Shown in pieces: positions 37,214 to 46,815 of a DNA stretch of 64,000 nt. Position numbers and translations under genes: made by a program. The stretch comes from an uncultured Clostridia bacterium (GTDB taxonomy: Bacteria > Bacillota > Clostridia > TANB77 > CAG-508), in contig CAKPLT010000009.1 in NCBI GenBank assembly GCA_934167755.1, positions 369-64,368 on the forward strand, written 5' to 3'. Under the pieces are notes generated by a model. The model had not been told where the DNA came from. It worked only from the letters and a program-made list of their open reading frames with translations, and did no database searches. Position 1 is the stretch's first letter; every line of letters begins with the position of its first letter.

Positions 37214-37342
37214 AGTTTTCTCCTTTTTTATCTATTGTTCATATTATAAAATTTATTTTTTTAAAAGTCAAGTTTTTCCAAACATTTTTTTGCGTTTGAA
37301 TACTATTTATTAATTTGGATAAAATATTAAAAAAATAAAATG

Positions 37343-37600
37343 TGGACGGTTCTTTTTTTACTTTTATGTCATGGAATTATAAATATTATAAAATATATTT
37401 TTAAATGAAATGACGAATGTGATTGGAGAAGCTTTAGAAATTCTTAAGCAATTTTATGGAAAGAGTTCACGAGAGTGGAAGGGAGCCATAAAATAAGTTA
37501 GAATTTCTTAAGCTTCGGATTGAGCCGAGGAATGTAATGAAAAAATATATTTTATAACATTTATATAAATTATATTAAAATACAAAAAAGAACTGTTCCA
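37343..37600 (+). repeat. A-family rod-like hairpin element, copy A2 (258 nt)
   Basis: The core 37402-37543 is homologous to A1. It is enclosed by its own ~60-nt imperfect inverted repeat (37343-37401 / 37540-37600), whose sequence differs from the A1 arms. Confidence 0.7.
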
Positions 37601-37622
37601 ATTTTAAACAGGAGAATAATAA

Positions 37623-37970
37623 ATGATAAAAAAAGTAATTTTAGGATTAATAGCTGGAATAATATGTGGACTGTTTGGAACTGGAGGCGGAATGATACTT
37701 GTACCAGCATTTATATATATTTTAAAAATAGAGCCTAAAAAAGCAAGAGCAACATCATTATTTTGTATGTTAGTGATGGTAATGATTAGTAGCATTTTTT
37801 ATTATAGAAATAATTACATAGATTGGAGTACAGGTGGATTATGTGCTATAGGTGGAATTGTTGGAGGATATTTAGGTGCGAAAATTTTGAAAAAAGTACC
37901 AGATTATGTACTTAAAATAGCTTTTACAATTTTTATAGCTTATTATTCTTTTAGAATGTTATTTTTATAA
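37623..37970 (+). CDS. TauE/SafE (DUF81) family half-size membrane protein, N-half
   Basis: 115 aa, ~4 TM helices, GTGGGMILVP motif. Confidence 0.7.
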   Translation: MIKKVILGLIAGIICGLFGTGGGMILVPAFIYILKIEPKKARATSLFCMLVMVMISSIFYYRNNYIDWSTGGLCAIGGIVGGYLGAKILKKVPDYVLKIAFTIFIAYYSFRMLFL

Positions 37971-37990
37971 TTGAATATAGAGGAGAAAAC

Positions 37991-38380
37991 ATGTTACAAA
38001 TATTAATAGGAATTTTTTCAGGAATATTTAGTGGGATTGGAATGGGTGGTGGAACAATATTAATATTTTTGCTTACAACATTTATAGGATTAGAACAACA
38101 TATAGCGCAAGCAACAAATTTAATATATTTTATTCCAACTGCAATTTCAGCAATAATTGTTAATTTTAAAAACAAAAACATAGATAAAAAATTAGCAACA
38201 TTTGTATCTATAGGAGGAGCATTGGGAGCAATTATAGGAGCAAATATTTCTGTTAATATAGATGTACAAAAATTAAGAAAATTATTCGGGATTTTTTTGG
38301 TAACAATTGTTATTCATGAAATATATACATTATTTAAAGAGTATAAATTGAATAAAAAAAGTAATAATAAAAGTAGTTAA
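37991..38380 (+). CDS. TauE/SafE (DUF81) family half-size membrane protein, C-half
   Basis: 129 aa, ~4 TM helices, GMGGGTILI motif, with its own RBS GAGGAG. Confidence 0.7.
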   Translation: MLQILIGIFSGIFSGIGMGGGTILIFLLTTFIGLEQHIAQATNLIYFIPTAISAIIVNFKNKNIDKKLATFVSIGGALGAIIGANISVNIDVQKLRKLFGIFLVTIVIHEIYTLFKEYKLNKKSNNKSS

Positions 38381-38413
38381 ATATTAGAAAGTATTTTTAA
38401 GAAGGGAGAAAAA

Positions 38414-38557
38414 ATGAATATGAAATTTGTAAAAGGTCTGGTAGTTGGAGGTCTAATAACTACAAGTGTTATGATGATTTGGAATGATAATGATATGAAT
38501 ACAAAAAAGATGGCTAAAACAGGAAAAAAGTGGGCTAGAAAAATGGGAATAATGTAA
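38414..38557 (+). CDS. small (47 aa) membrane protein, not in the ORF track
   Basis: GGGAG RBS 6 nt upstream. MNMKFVKGLVVGGLITTSVMMIW.. followed by a basic tail, then a terminator. Confidence 0.4.
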   Translation: MNMKFVKGLVVGGLITTSVMMIWNDNDMNTKKMAKTGKKWARKMGIM

Positions 38558-38562
38558 AAAAT

Positions 38563-38597
38563 AAAGAGGAAACCAGATTTGGTAATCCTCTTTATTT
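38563..38597. terminator. bidirectional terminator
   Basis: AAAGAGGA..ACCA / TGGT..TCCTCTTT stem plus a T-run. Confidence 0.5.
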
Positions 38598-38611
38598 AGT
38601 ATATATTATTA

Positions 38612-39073
38612 TCACTCAAGTTCTAGTGTAAGTTTACTGTTATCATCACATCTGTCACATTTATCATGATCACAATCACATTTGTTATCACAATCAAGAT
38701 CTACACCTTTTAAGCAATTTAAATCAGTATGAGTTTTTACACATATTTTCATGTGTTTAACATCATCTTTCCAAATTTGAATAGCATATTTTTTATCTGT
38801 ACAAAGAGGACCAAAAACAAATTCTCCTTCTTTGTCAGTAAAAGTATGAGAAACAGGTTTTATTTCTTTTTTACCAAATTTAAATTCTACTTCTACTAAT
38901 TTTACAACAGCATCTCTAACTGGTTCTTTAAAATTGTCTCTAACAACTCCAAAAATAACATTTCTTCGATCATTTGCAAGAGTTATATCTAAATCAAATT
39001 GCTTACCATCAGCAATAAATCCATCAACATCAACTATTGGATGCATATCAGGCCTTTTTTCATTCATTTCCAT
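38612..39073 (-). CDS. hypothetical protein, beta-sandwich-like N-part with a Cys/Asp-rich C-terminus
   Basis: 153 aa. TDKEGEFVFGPL resembles carboxypeptidase-regulatory-like folds. The tail is CLKGVDLDCDNKCDCDHDKCDRCDD. Confidence 0.45.
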   Translation of the reverse strand: MEMNEKRPDMHPIVDVDGFIADGKQFDLDITLANDRRNVIFGVVRDNFKEPVRDAVVKLVEVEFKFGKKEIKPVSHTFTDKEGEFVFGPLCTDKKYAIQIWKDDVKHMKICVKTHTDLNCLKGVDLDCDNKCDCDHDKCDRCDDNSKLTLELE

Positions 39074-39248
39074 ATTTAAACTTCCTTTCTTCTGGCAATG
39101 CCAAGATTAGTATATATTATGAAAAAATAGATTAAAATGTTAATATACAGTAGAATAATTACTTAATGTAATGTATAATATAAAATAATTATTTAAGGTT
39201 TATAGATAAATCCATATAAAAATCTAAATAAAAATAAGGAAAAATAAT

Positions 39249-40049
39249 ATGAATGAAAAATCAATAGGAATATTTGACTCAGGAGTTGGAGGACTAACCA
39301 TTCTTAGTCAAATACGAAAAATGATGCCAAATGAAAATATTATATATTTAGGTGATACAAAAAACTTTCCATATGGTCATAGAAAAAGAGAAGAGATAGT
39401 AGAATTTGCAATACAAAATGTAAAAATGTTATTGCAAAAAGATGTGAAACTAATAGTAGTAGCATGTGGAACAGCTACTAGTCAAGCAATCGATATATTA
39501 AAAGAAAAATTTGATATTCCAATAATAGGTATTATAGAACCAACAGTAAAATATATAAAAAGCCAAGGATATCAGAAAGTAGGTGTAATAGCAACAGAAG
39601 GGACAATAAGAAGCGGTGAATGGGAAAAACAACTAAAAGAAGAAATTCCAGATATAACAGTAATAAATAAAGCGTGTCCTATGCTTGCTGAAATTGCTGA
39701 AAAAGGCAAGGCTCAAAGCGAACAGGGTAAAACAATTATAAAAGAATATATGAAACCATTTAAGGAAAATCATATAGATAAAATAATTTTAGGTTGTACA
39801 CATTATCCAATATATGAAGAAATAATAAAAGAAGAGTTTAACTATGAAATAGAATTAATAAATACTGGAACTTCAGTTGCAAACTATTTAAAACAATATT
39901 TGAAAGATAATAAATTAGAAAATTATAAAACTGATTCATTTGAAAAAATATATTTAACAAAACCAGAAAATGAATTTAAAGAAATTGCAAAAAATATAAT
40001 GAATGAAGAAATTGAAATAAGAAGTATTAAAAACTCCTTAAAACCTTGA
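39249..40049 (+). CDS. murI: glutamate racemase
   Basis: GIFDSGVGGLT, VVACGTATS and LGCTHYP motifs. Confidence 0.9.
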   Translation: MNEKSIGIFDSGVGGLTILSQIRKMMPNENIIYLGDTKNFPYGHRKREEIVEFAIQNVKMLLQKDVKLIVVACGTATSQAIDILKEKFDIPIIGIIEPTVKYIKSQGYQKVGVIATEGTIRSGEWEKQLKEEIPDITVINKACPMLAEIAEKGKAQSEQGKTIIKEYMKPFKENHIDKIILGCTHYPIYEEIIKEEFNYEIELINTGTSVANYLKQYLKDNKLENYKTDSFEKIYLTKPENEFKEIAKNIMNEEIEIRSIKNSLKP

Positions 40050-40110
40050 CATACGAACAAATTACATATATAATATCAATATAGATTTATTAGGAGGACA
40101 AAACACAATA

Positions 40111-40752
40111 ATGGAAAAAAATATGTTTTCAATTAATGAAAATGAATATACACAAATGACAGACGAAAAATTAATAGAAAATATAAATAAAGATGATTCC
40201 ATAGCATTAAACTGTTTAATGGGAAGGTATAATGATATAGTTAATATGAAGGCAAATAAGTTTTTTATGATAGGAGCAGAAAAAGACGATATAATACAAG
40301 AAGGAATGATAGGCTTATATAAAGCAATAAAGTCATTTGATACAGAAAAACAAAATTCATTTAAAACATTTGCAAATATGTGTATAGAAAGACAACTGAT
40401 AACAGCTGTAAAAAATTCAAATAGACAAAAGCACATACCTTTAAACTCTTCGATATCACTTAATTCAGCTGCATATGAAGATAATGAGGATATGGATAAA
40501 ATGGATATACTTGATATAAAAATATTAAATGACCCTTCTGACATTGTGGCAGATAGGGAATATTTTGAAAGCATGGAAAGCAAGATAAAACAAAATTTAA
40601 GTGATTTTGAATTACAAGTTTTGCATGAATATGAAAAAGGCAAATCATATGCAGATATTGCTAAAAAATTAAATTCAAAAGTCAAATCTGTTGATACAGC
40701 AATTCAAAGAATAAGAAAAAAAGCTAATAAAATTAGAGAAAATATAGGATAA
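40111..40752 (+). CDS. sigH: sigma-70 family factor, SigH-like
   Basis: Region 2 DDIIQEGMIGLYKAIKSFD and region 4 HTH SYADIAKKLNSKVKSVDTAIQRIRKK. Confidence 0.8.
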   Translation: MEKNMFSINENEYTQMTDEKLIENINKDDSIALNCLMGRYNDIVNMKANKFFMIGAEKDDIIQEGMIGLYKAIKSFDTEKQNSFKTFANMCIERQLITAVKNSNRQKHIPLNSSISLNSAAYEDNEDMDKMDILDIKILNDPSDIVADREYFESMESKIKQNLSDFELQVLHEYEKGKSYADIAKKLNSKVKSVDTAIQRIRKKANKIRENIG

Positions 40753-40926
40753 AAGTAAGTTTCTTAGCTTGCTTTTTTCTTTTGCAATAATATTATTGTA
40801 AAAAGTAGAAAAAACTTGAAAAAAATTATCTAATAAATTATAATAATTGTAGAAGAACTTTAAAAATAAAACTTATAAATTAATGAAATATTTTCAAATA
40901 TAATTTGAAAAAGAAAAGAGGAAAAT

Positions 40927-41862
40927 ATGAATAAATTAAGAAGATTTTTTTATCAAAACAAATATCAAATTTTAGGAGTTTTAGGAATTATCATTTTAAT
41001 AATAGTAATAATTCAATTAATGAACTTTTGGGCTAGAAAAAGTAATACTGAGGATGTAATTAAAAATAATACAAAAATAATTAATGGAAGTAACAATGAA
41101 AACAATAAAGGATTAATTTCAGATAAGTCTGCCGTAACAGGAAATGAAATATCACAAACACAACTAGAAAATGCAACAACTACAATTAGTAGTTTTTTTG
41201 AATATTGTAATAATCAAAAACTAGATAAAGCATATGAGTTACTTACAGATGAATGTAAAAAGCAAATGTATAATAGTTTAGATGTCTTTAAACAATCATA
41301 TTACAAAAATGTTTTCAACGGAGAAAAAATGAATTATACTATTGAAAACTGGGTAAAAGATACATATAGAGTAAACATAACAGGAGACTTATTGGCAACA
41401 GGTAAAGATGATGGATATTCAAAATTGGACTATATAACTGTTAAAAGAAGTGATGATGAATACAAATTAAATATTAATAATTACATCGGATATACTGAGA
41501 TAAATAAAAAAACAACAGAAGATAATATTAGTATAAATGTAATAAGCAAAAATACATATAAAGACTATGAAGAATATACAATAAGTGCAACAAACAATAC
41601 TGAGAATATTGTACAATTAGATAACATAAGTAATACAGATACATTATACTTAGAAGATAGTAAAGGAGTAAAATATCCTTATTATAATCATGAGTTAACT
41701 GTACCTATGGTAACTATACCATCAGGACAAACTAAAGAAGTAGCAATTAAATTTTATAGTTCATATGTGTCAACAAAAAAGATTGAGAGAATAGTATTTT
41801 CAAGTGTAATACTAAAAAATGGACAGTTAAGTGAAACAACAAAAATATATGCTAACATTTAA
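40927..41862 (+). CDS. membrane-anchored hypothetical protein
   Basis: 311 aa with an N-terminal TM helix and no recognised motif. Confidence 0.5.
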   Translation: MNKLRRFFYQNKYQILGVLGIIILIIVIIQLMNFWARKSNTEDVIKNNTKIINGSNNENNKGLISDKSAVTGNEISQTQLENATTTISSFFEYCNNQKLDKAYELLTDECKKQMYNSLDVFKQSYYKNVFNGEKMNYTIENWVKDTYRVNITGDLLATGKDDGYSKLDYITVKRSDDEYKLNINNYIGYTEINKKTTEDNISINVISKNTYKDYEEYTISATNNTENIVQLDNISNTDTLYLEDSKGVKYPYYNHELTVPMVTIPSGQTKEVAIKFYSSYVSTKKIERIVFSSVILKNGQLSETTKIYANI

Positions 41863-41880
41863 AAAGTAGAAGATAAATAG

Positions 41881-41920
41881 AAAGACTAAATTATGAAAAT
41901 CCATAATTTGGTCTTTTAAA
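41881..41920 (+). terminator. rho-independent terminator
   Basis: 15-bp stem AAAGACTAAATTATG / CATAATTTGGTCTTT plus a T-run. Confidence 0.6.
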
Positions 41921-42007
41921 TTTTTTAAATAAGTGTTGCCATAAAGAAAAAAAATTGTTATAATAAACAAGATATCAAAAGACAGAAATGAAAGGTAGAA
42001 AATAAGA

Positions 42008-43111
42008 ATGAAAAAAGATGAAGAAATAGAAGAATTACCAAAGGCATTAAGAGGAGAGGCAAATGATGAAAAAGGAAAAAAACAAAAGAAAAAAAGAAAT
42101 TTGAAAAAAATATGGTTAACATTAATAATATTGGCGATAATAGGGACATCATCAGGAGGATTTTTGCTATATGGACCATATTCAGGATTTAGAAATTGGC
42201 TAATAACAACAGCAATGACAACAATGACACATCAATATTTAGCAACATGGTTTTATGATGACCAAACAATACAAGAAGTATTAGCAAAAAATAAAGTAGA
42301 AGAGACAGATGAAATAACAAATACAAACACAATAATAGTAAATAAAACATCAAGTAAAAAAGAATATGCAAATGAATATGAAAAAGCTATATTAGAAAAA
42401 GATTCTAATAATGAAGATTATAAAATAATTGAAATTGAAGGAAAAGGTTATAGTGGATATTTAGCAGCAATATATGATCCATCAAGAATAAAAACAGTAT
42501 ATACGAAAAAATTAGGAACAAGTGGACAATATTTAACACAAATGGCAAAGGACAATGATGCATTAATTGCTATAAATGGAGGAGGATTTGAAGATCCAAA
42601 TTTTAATAGCAATGGAGCTGATCCTTTAGGAATAACATTTTCAGGTGGAAAATTAATAACTTCAAAAACCTGGAAAGGCTCAGGAGGATTAATTGGATTT
42701 ACGCAAGATGACAAACTTGTATTAGGAAAAATGACTGTAAAACAAGCGCAAGATATGAAAGTAAGAGATGGAGTAACATTTGGACCATTTTTAATTGTTA
42801 ATGGAAAACCATCTAAAGTATTAGGAAATGGTGGATGGGGAACAGCTCCTCGTACAGCCATTGGTCAAAGACAAGATGGAATAGTGTTATTTTTAGTAAT
42901 CGATGGAAGGACAGTAACAAAACCAGGTGCAGATATGAACGATTTAATAGAAATAATGCAAAAATATGGAGCATATAATGCAGCAAATTTAGATGGTGGA
43001 ACATCAAGTGCAATGGTAGTTGACGGAAAAATAATTAATGATCCAGTAGATAGCTCAGGAGCTCATAGAACAAGATTTATTTCTACAGGATTTATTCTAA
43101 CTAAAAAGTAA
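42008..43111 (+). CDS. phosphodiester glycosidase (DUF2233/NAGPA) family protein, membrane anchored
   Basis: Basic N-terminus plus a TM helix; INGGGF and NLDGGTSS motifs. Confidence 0.75.
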   Translation: MKKDEEIEELPKALRGEANDEKGKKQKKKRNLKKIWLTLIILAIIGTSSGGFLLYGPYSGFRNWLITTAMTTMTHQYLATWFYDDQTIQEVLAKNKVEETDEITNTNTIIVNKTSSKKEYANEYEKAILEKDSNNEDYKIIEIEGKGYSGYLAAIYDPSRIKTVYTKKLGTSGQYLTQMAKDNDALIAINGGGFEDPNFNSNGADPLGITFSGGKLITSKTWKGSGGLIGFTQDDKLVLGKMTVKQAQDMKVRDGVTFGPFLIVNGKPSKVLGNGGWGTAPRTAIGQRQDGIVLFLVIDGRTVTKPGADMNDLIEIMQKYGAYNAANLDGGTSSAMVVDGKIINDPVDSSGAHRTRFISTGFILTKK

Positions 43112-43141
43112 AAACTTTATATAATTATGAAAGGTGATATT

Positions 43142-43816
43142 ATGGGATTTATAGTAGCTGTTGATGGAACAGCAGGAAGTGGAAAAGGAACAATAACCAA
43201 AATAATTGCAGAAAAACTAAATTTAGTAAGTATAGATACAGGGGCAATGTATAGATGTGTCGCACTAGAATGTATAAATCAAAATATCGAGTATACAGAA
43301 ATAGAAAAAATCAAAAAAGTTCTAGAAGACATAGATATAGAATTAAAAAAAGAAAATGGAAATCAATTAGTATTTTTAAATGGAAAAGATGTGACTAGAG
43401 ATATTAGAACACCAGAGGTTGATAGTCAAGTAGCAAAATTTGCGGCAATCAAAGAAGTTAGAGAAAAAATAACACCTATGCAAAGAAAAATGGGAGAAAA
43501 CAATGATATAATAATGGAAGGTAGAGATATTGGAACAGTTGTATTTCCAAATGCAGATGTAAAGGTATTTTTGGATTGCTCTGTTGAAGAAAGAGCGATG
43601 AGAAGATATAAGCAAAACTTGGAAAAAGGTATAAAATCAACCTATGAAGAAGTTTTGAAAAGCATAAAAGAAAGAAATAAATTAGAAACAGAAAGAGAAA
43701 TTGCACCATTAGTAAAGGCACCAGATGCTGTATATATTGATTCAACTGGAATGACAATTGAAGAAGAAGTAGATGCGGTTATTAAGGTAATAAATGAAAA
43801 AAGAGGAATGGAATAA
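43142..43816 (+). CDS. cmk: cytidylate kinase
   Basis: VAVDGTAGSGKGT P-loop. The start may alternatively be ATG 43127. Confidence 0.9.
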   Translation: MGFIVAVDGTAGSGKGTITKIIAEKLNLVSIDTGAMYRCVALECINQNIEYTEIEKIKKVLEDIDIELKKENGNQLVFLNGKDVTRDIRTPEVDSQVAKFAAIKEVREKITPMQRKMGENNDIIMEGRDIGTVVFPNADVKVFLDCSVEERAMRRYKQNLEKGIKSTYEEVLKSIKERNKLETEREIAPLVKAPDAVYIDSTGMTIEEEVDAVIKVINEKRGME

Positions 43817-43818
43817 TA

Positions 43819-44373
43819 ATGAAAGAAGAATTTTTAAAAATATTAAGAACAGTAAAAAGAGAAGGAATAGAAGATTTTATAAAATTTTTAGAGAGTACAG
43901 ACTTTTTTACAGCACCTGCAAGCACAAGGTTTCATGGTGATTATGCTGGGGGACTTGTAGAACATAGTATGAAAGTATATGAAATTTTAGTTGAAAAAGT
44001 AAAAAATTCATCTAAAAAAATAGAAGTATCAGATGATACTTTGAAAATAGTAGCATTATTACATGATGTATGTAAAGCAAATTTTTATAAAGTGGATTAT
44101 AGAAATGCAAAAAATGCATTAGGTGTATGGGAAAAAGTTCCATATTATACTGTAGATGATACTATTCCATATGGACATGGAGAGAAATCAGTTATGATGA
44201 TTACAGAATATATGAAGTTAACAAGTGAAGAAAAATATGCTATTCGTTGGCACATGGGATTTACAGAACCAAAAGAACAATATGGAACAATAGGAATTGC
44301 GTATACAAAATATCCATTAGCACTTCTTATATTTGAAGCAGATTTAGAAGCTACATATTTTTTTGATACATAA
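43819..44373 (+). CDS. HD-domain phosphohydrolase
   Basis: RFHGDYAGGLVEHS and LLHDVCK motifs. Confidence 0.7.
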   Translation: MKEEFLKILRTVKREGIEDFIKFLESTDFFTAPASTRFHGDYAGGLVEHSMKVYEILVEKVKNSSKKIEVSDDTLKIVALLHDVCKANFYKVDYRNAKNALGVWEKVPYYTVDDTIPYGHGEKSVMMITEYMKLTSEEKYAIRWHMGFTEPKEQYGTIGIAYTKYPLALLIFEADLEATYFFDT

Positions 44374-44376
44374 TAT

Positions 44377-44406
44377 AAAAGGATGCCTATATTGAGGCAT
44401 CCTTTT
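44377..44406. terminator. bidirectional terminator
   Basis: AAAAGGATGCCT / AGGCATCCTTTT stem. Confidence 0.6.
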
Positions 44407-44430
44407 ATAAGTAGAATAAACTGCACGATT

Positions 44431-44808
44431 TTACTGCTTTTTAAGAAACTTTAATTTTATTGGTATTGACCATATAAATTCGGGAAATAAAGTTTCTAAT
44501 AATATTTCATTGCGATGAGAAGTTATTTTAAATTGTGAAAACGGGATGACATTTTTTCTAGAGTAAACAGGTACCATAAGATAATATTTGGGTAATGGAG
44601 AGTTTATTGTGATGCATAATTCATTCACAAAATTACATTGGCCTGAAAAATCAAAGAGCATTTGATACCGATAACTACCGTACGGCATATCACAATTCAT
44701 AATAAGTGTTCTTTCTTTCCAGTACAAAGAGTGCCAATTCTGACAATAGTGACAGTATGCAAGTACTATATCTGCTTTCTTTAAATCCGAAAATTTTATT
44801 TTTTTCAT
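44431..44808 (-). CDS. hypothetical protein (lone minus-strand gene)
   Basis: 125 aa. Cys/His/Trp cluster AYCHYCQNWHSLYW; no family recognised. Confidence 0.45.
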   Translation of the reverse strand: MKKIKFSDLKKADIVLAYCHYCQNWHSLYWKERTLIMNCDMPYGSYRYQMLFDFSGQCNFVNELCITINSPLPKYYLMVPVYSRKNVIPFSQFKITSHRNEILLETLFPEFIWSIPIKLKFLKKQ

Positions 44809-45048
44809 TATGCAACCTCCCTATGTTGTTTTTACTATTGTATAAGTTTATTCTACTTTCTGTAGAGTATATCTACTTTTATTGAAGTAACTTACTCCAG
44901 ATTCAAATATAGATACTGTATATAAGTATATCATGATAAACATAAAAAGACAACATTTTTTTTGAATGAATTTGCTCAAAATACTTGACAAATGGATAAA
45001 AATGGTGTAAAGTATATTAGCATTACACTTAAGAAAGAGGGTAGTAGT

Positions 45049-45396
45049 ATGGAAAAGAAAGTAGAAATAAGTATGTTATGGCAGATATATGGAAAGCTAT
45101 TAACAGAAAAGCAATATGAATACATTGATTACTACTACAATAATGACTTATCTTTATCAGAAATTGCAGAAAATGACAGCATAACAAGGCAAGCTGTAAG
45201 AGATATCATCAAAAAGGGGGAAAGAAAACTTTTCGAATACGAAGAAAAGCTATTGTTTATGAAAAAGACAATTAATCAAGAACAAAAAATACAACAAGTT
45301 TTATGGAATTTAACAAAAATACAAAAGGATTCATCAGATAAACAAATAAGTAGTATTTTAGAAGAAATCAAAAAAGAATTAAATTGTTTAGTATAA
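45049..45396 (+). CDS. ylxM: UPF0122/YlxM putative DNA-binding protein
   Basis: MEKKVEISMLWQIYGKLLTEKQYEYI..LSLSEIAE..ITRQAVRD, upstream of ffh as usual. ATG 45049 follows AGAGGG. Confidence 0.85.
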   Translation: MEKKVEISMLWQIYGKLLTEKQYEYIDYYYNNDLSLSEIAENDSITRQAVRDIIKKGERKLFEYEEKLLFMKKTINQEQKIQQVLWNLTKIQKDSSDKQISSILEEIKKELNCLV

Positions 45397-45416
45397 ACAA
45401 AAGATAGGAGGAAAGT

Positions 45417-46769
45417 ATGGCATTTGAAGGACTATCATCAAGATTACAAGAAATAACAAGAAAAATTAGAGGAAAAGCAAGAATAACAGAATCAGACTTA
45501 AAAGAAATGCTAAGAGAAGTTAAACTTGCCCTATTAGAAGCTGATGTAAACTATAAAATAGTAAAAGAATTTATTAGCAGTATACAAGAGAAAGCATTAG
45601 GTCAAGATGTAATGAAATCATTAACACCAGGGCAACAAGTAATTAAAATTGTAAAAGACGAAATGGTAGAATTATTAGGAGGAACAGAAAGCAAAATCAA
45701 TTTTACTCCAAATCCACCAACAATAATAATGCTAGTAGGTCTTCAAGGTTCAGGAAAAACAACAACAGCTGGAAAACTTGCTAATCTTTTAAGAAAACAA
45801 GGAAAAAAACCATTACTAGTAGCATGTGATATATATAGACCAGCAGCAATTAAACAATTACAAGTTGTTGGTAAACAATTAAATATACCAGTATATGCTA
45901 ATGAAACATCAAAAGATGTTGTACATATTGCAAAACAAGCAATAAGTGTAGCAATATCAAAATTAAATGATGTAGTAATATTAGACACAGCAGGTAGATT
46001 ACACATTGATGATGAATTAATGCAAGAACTAAAAAATGTAAAAACAAGTGTAAAACCACATGAAATCTTGTTAGTAGTAGATTCTATGACAGGTCAGGAT
46101 GCAGTAAATGTAGCACAAAGTTTTAATGAAGCAGTTGGAATAGATGGAGTTGTATTAACAAAATTAGATGGAGACACTCGTGGTGGTGCAGCACTTTCAG
46201 TAAAAAAAGTAACAGGTAAGCCAATAAAATTTGCAGCAACAGGTGAAAAATTAAGTGATATTGAAGTATTCAATCCAGAAAGAATGACATCAAGAATACT
46301 TGGAATGGGTGATGTGCTATCAATAATTGAAAAAGCAGAAGAAACAATAACTGCAGAAGAAGCAGAAAAACTAGAAAAACAACTTAGAAAAGACGAACTA
46401 GATTTAGACGATTATTTAGCACAAATTAGACAAGTAAAGAAAATGGGTTCATTTTCATCAATATTAAAAATGCTACCAGGTGCAAACAAAATAAAAGATT
46501 TAAATATTGATGACAAAGAATTTGATAAAGTTGAAGCAATTATTTGTTCAATGACAGTTGCAGAAAAAAGAAATACTAAATTGCTAAATGGAAGTAGAAG
46601 ACTACGAATTGCAAAAGGTAGTGGAACAACAGTGCAAGATGTCAACAAATTCATGAAATCATTTGAAATGACGCAAAAAATGATGAAACAATTAAAATCA
46701 AACAAAGGTGGAATGAGAAAAATGATGAAAAACATGAATATGGATGATTTAAAAAATCTTAAAATATAG
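45417..46769 (+). CDS. ffh: signal recognition particle protein Ffh
   Basis: GLQGSGKTTT, DTAGRLH and a Met-rich M domain. Confidence 0.95.
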   Translation: MAFEGLSSRLQEITRKIRGKARITESDLKEMLREVKLALLEADVNYKIVKEFISSIQEKALGQDVMKSLTPGQQVIKIVKDEMVELLGGTESKINFTPNPPTIIMLVGLQGSGKTTTAGKLANLLRKQGKKPLLVACDIYRPAAIKQLQVVGKQLNIPVYANETSKDVVHIAKQAISVAISKLNDVVILDTAGRLHIDDELMQELKNVKTSVKPHEILLVVDSMTGQDAVNVAQSFNEAVGIDGVVLTKLDGDTRGGAALSVKKVTGKPIKFAATGEKLSDIEVFNPERMTSRILGMGDVLSIIEKAEETITAEEAEKLEKQLRKDELDLDDYLAQIRQVKKMGSFSSILKMLPGANKIKDLNIDDKEFDKVEAIICSMTVAEKRNTKLLNGSRRLRIAKGSGTTVQDVNKFMKSFEMTQKMMKQLKSNKGGMRKMMKNMNMDDLKNLKI

Positions 46770-46815
46770 TTATTAAATTTTTAAACTTATATAGAATTTT
46801 TGGGAGGTGAATTAA

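Noticed and set aside
37411-37497. Short ORF inside the A2 core (MTNVIGEALEILKQFYGKSSREWKGAIK).
   Set aside because: The equivalent reading in A1 changes frame and sequence after ~12 codons (MTNVNGEILEILCRFMERV..), so the peptide is not conserved while the base pairing is.
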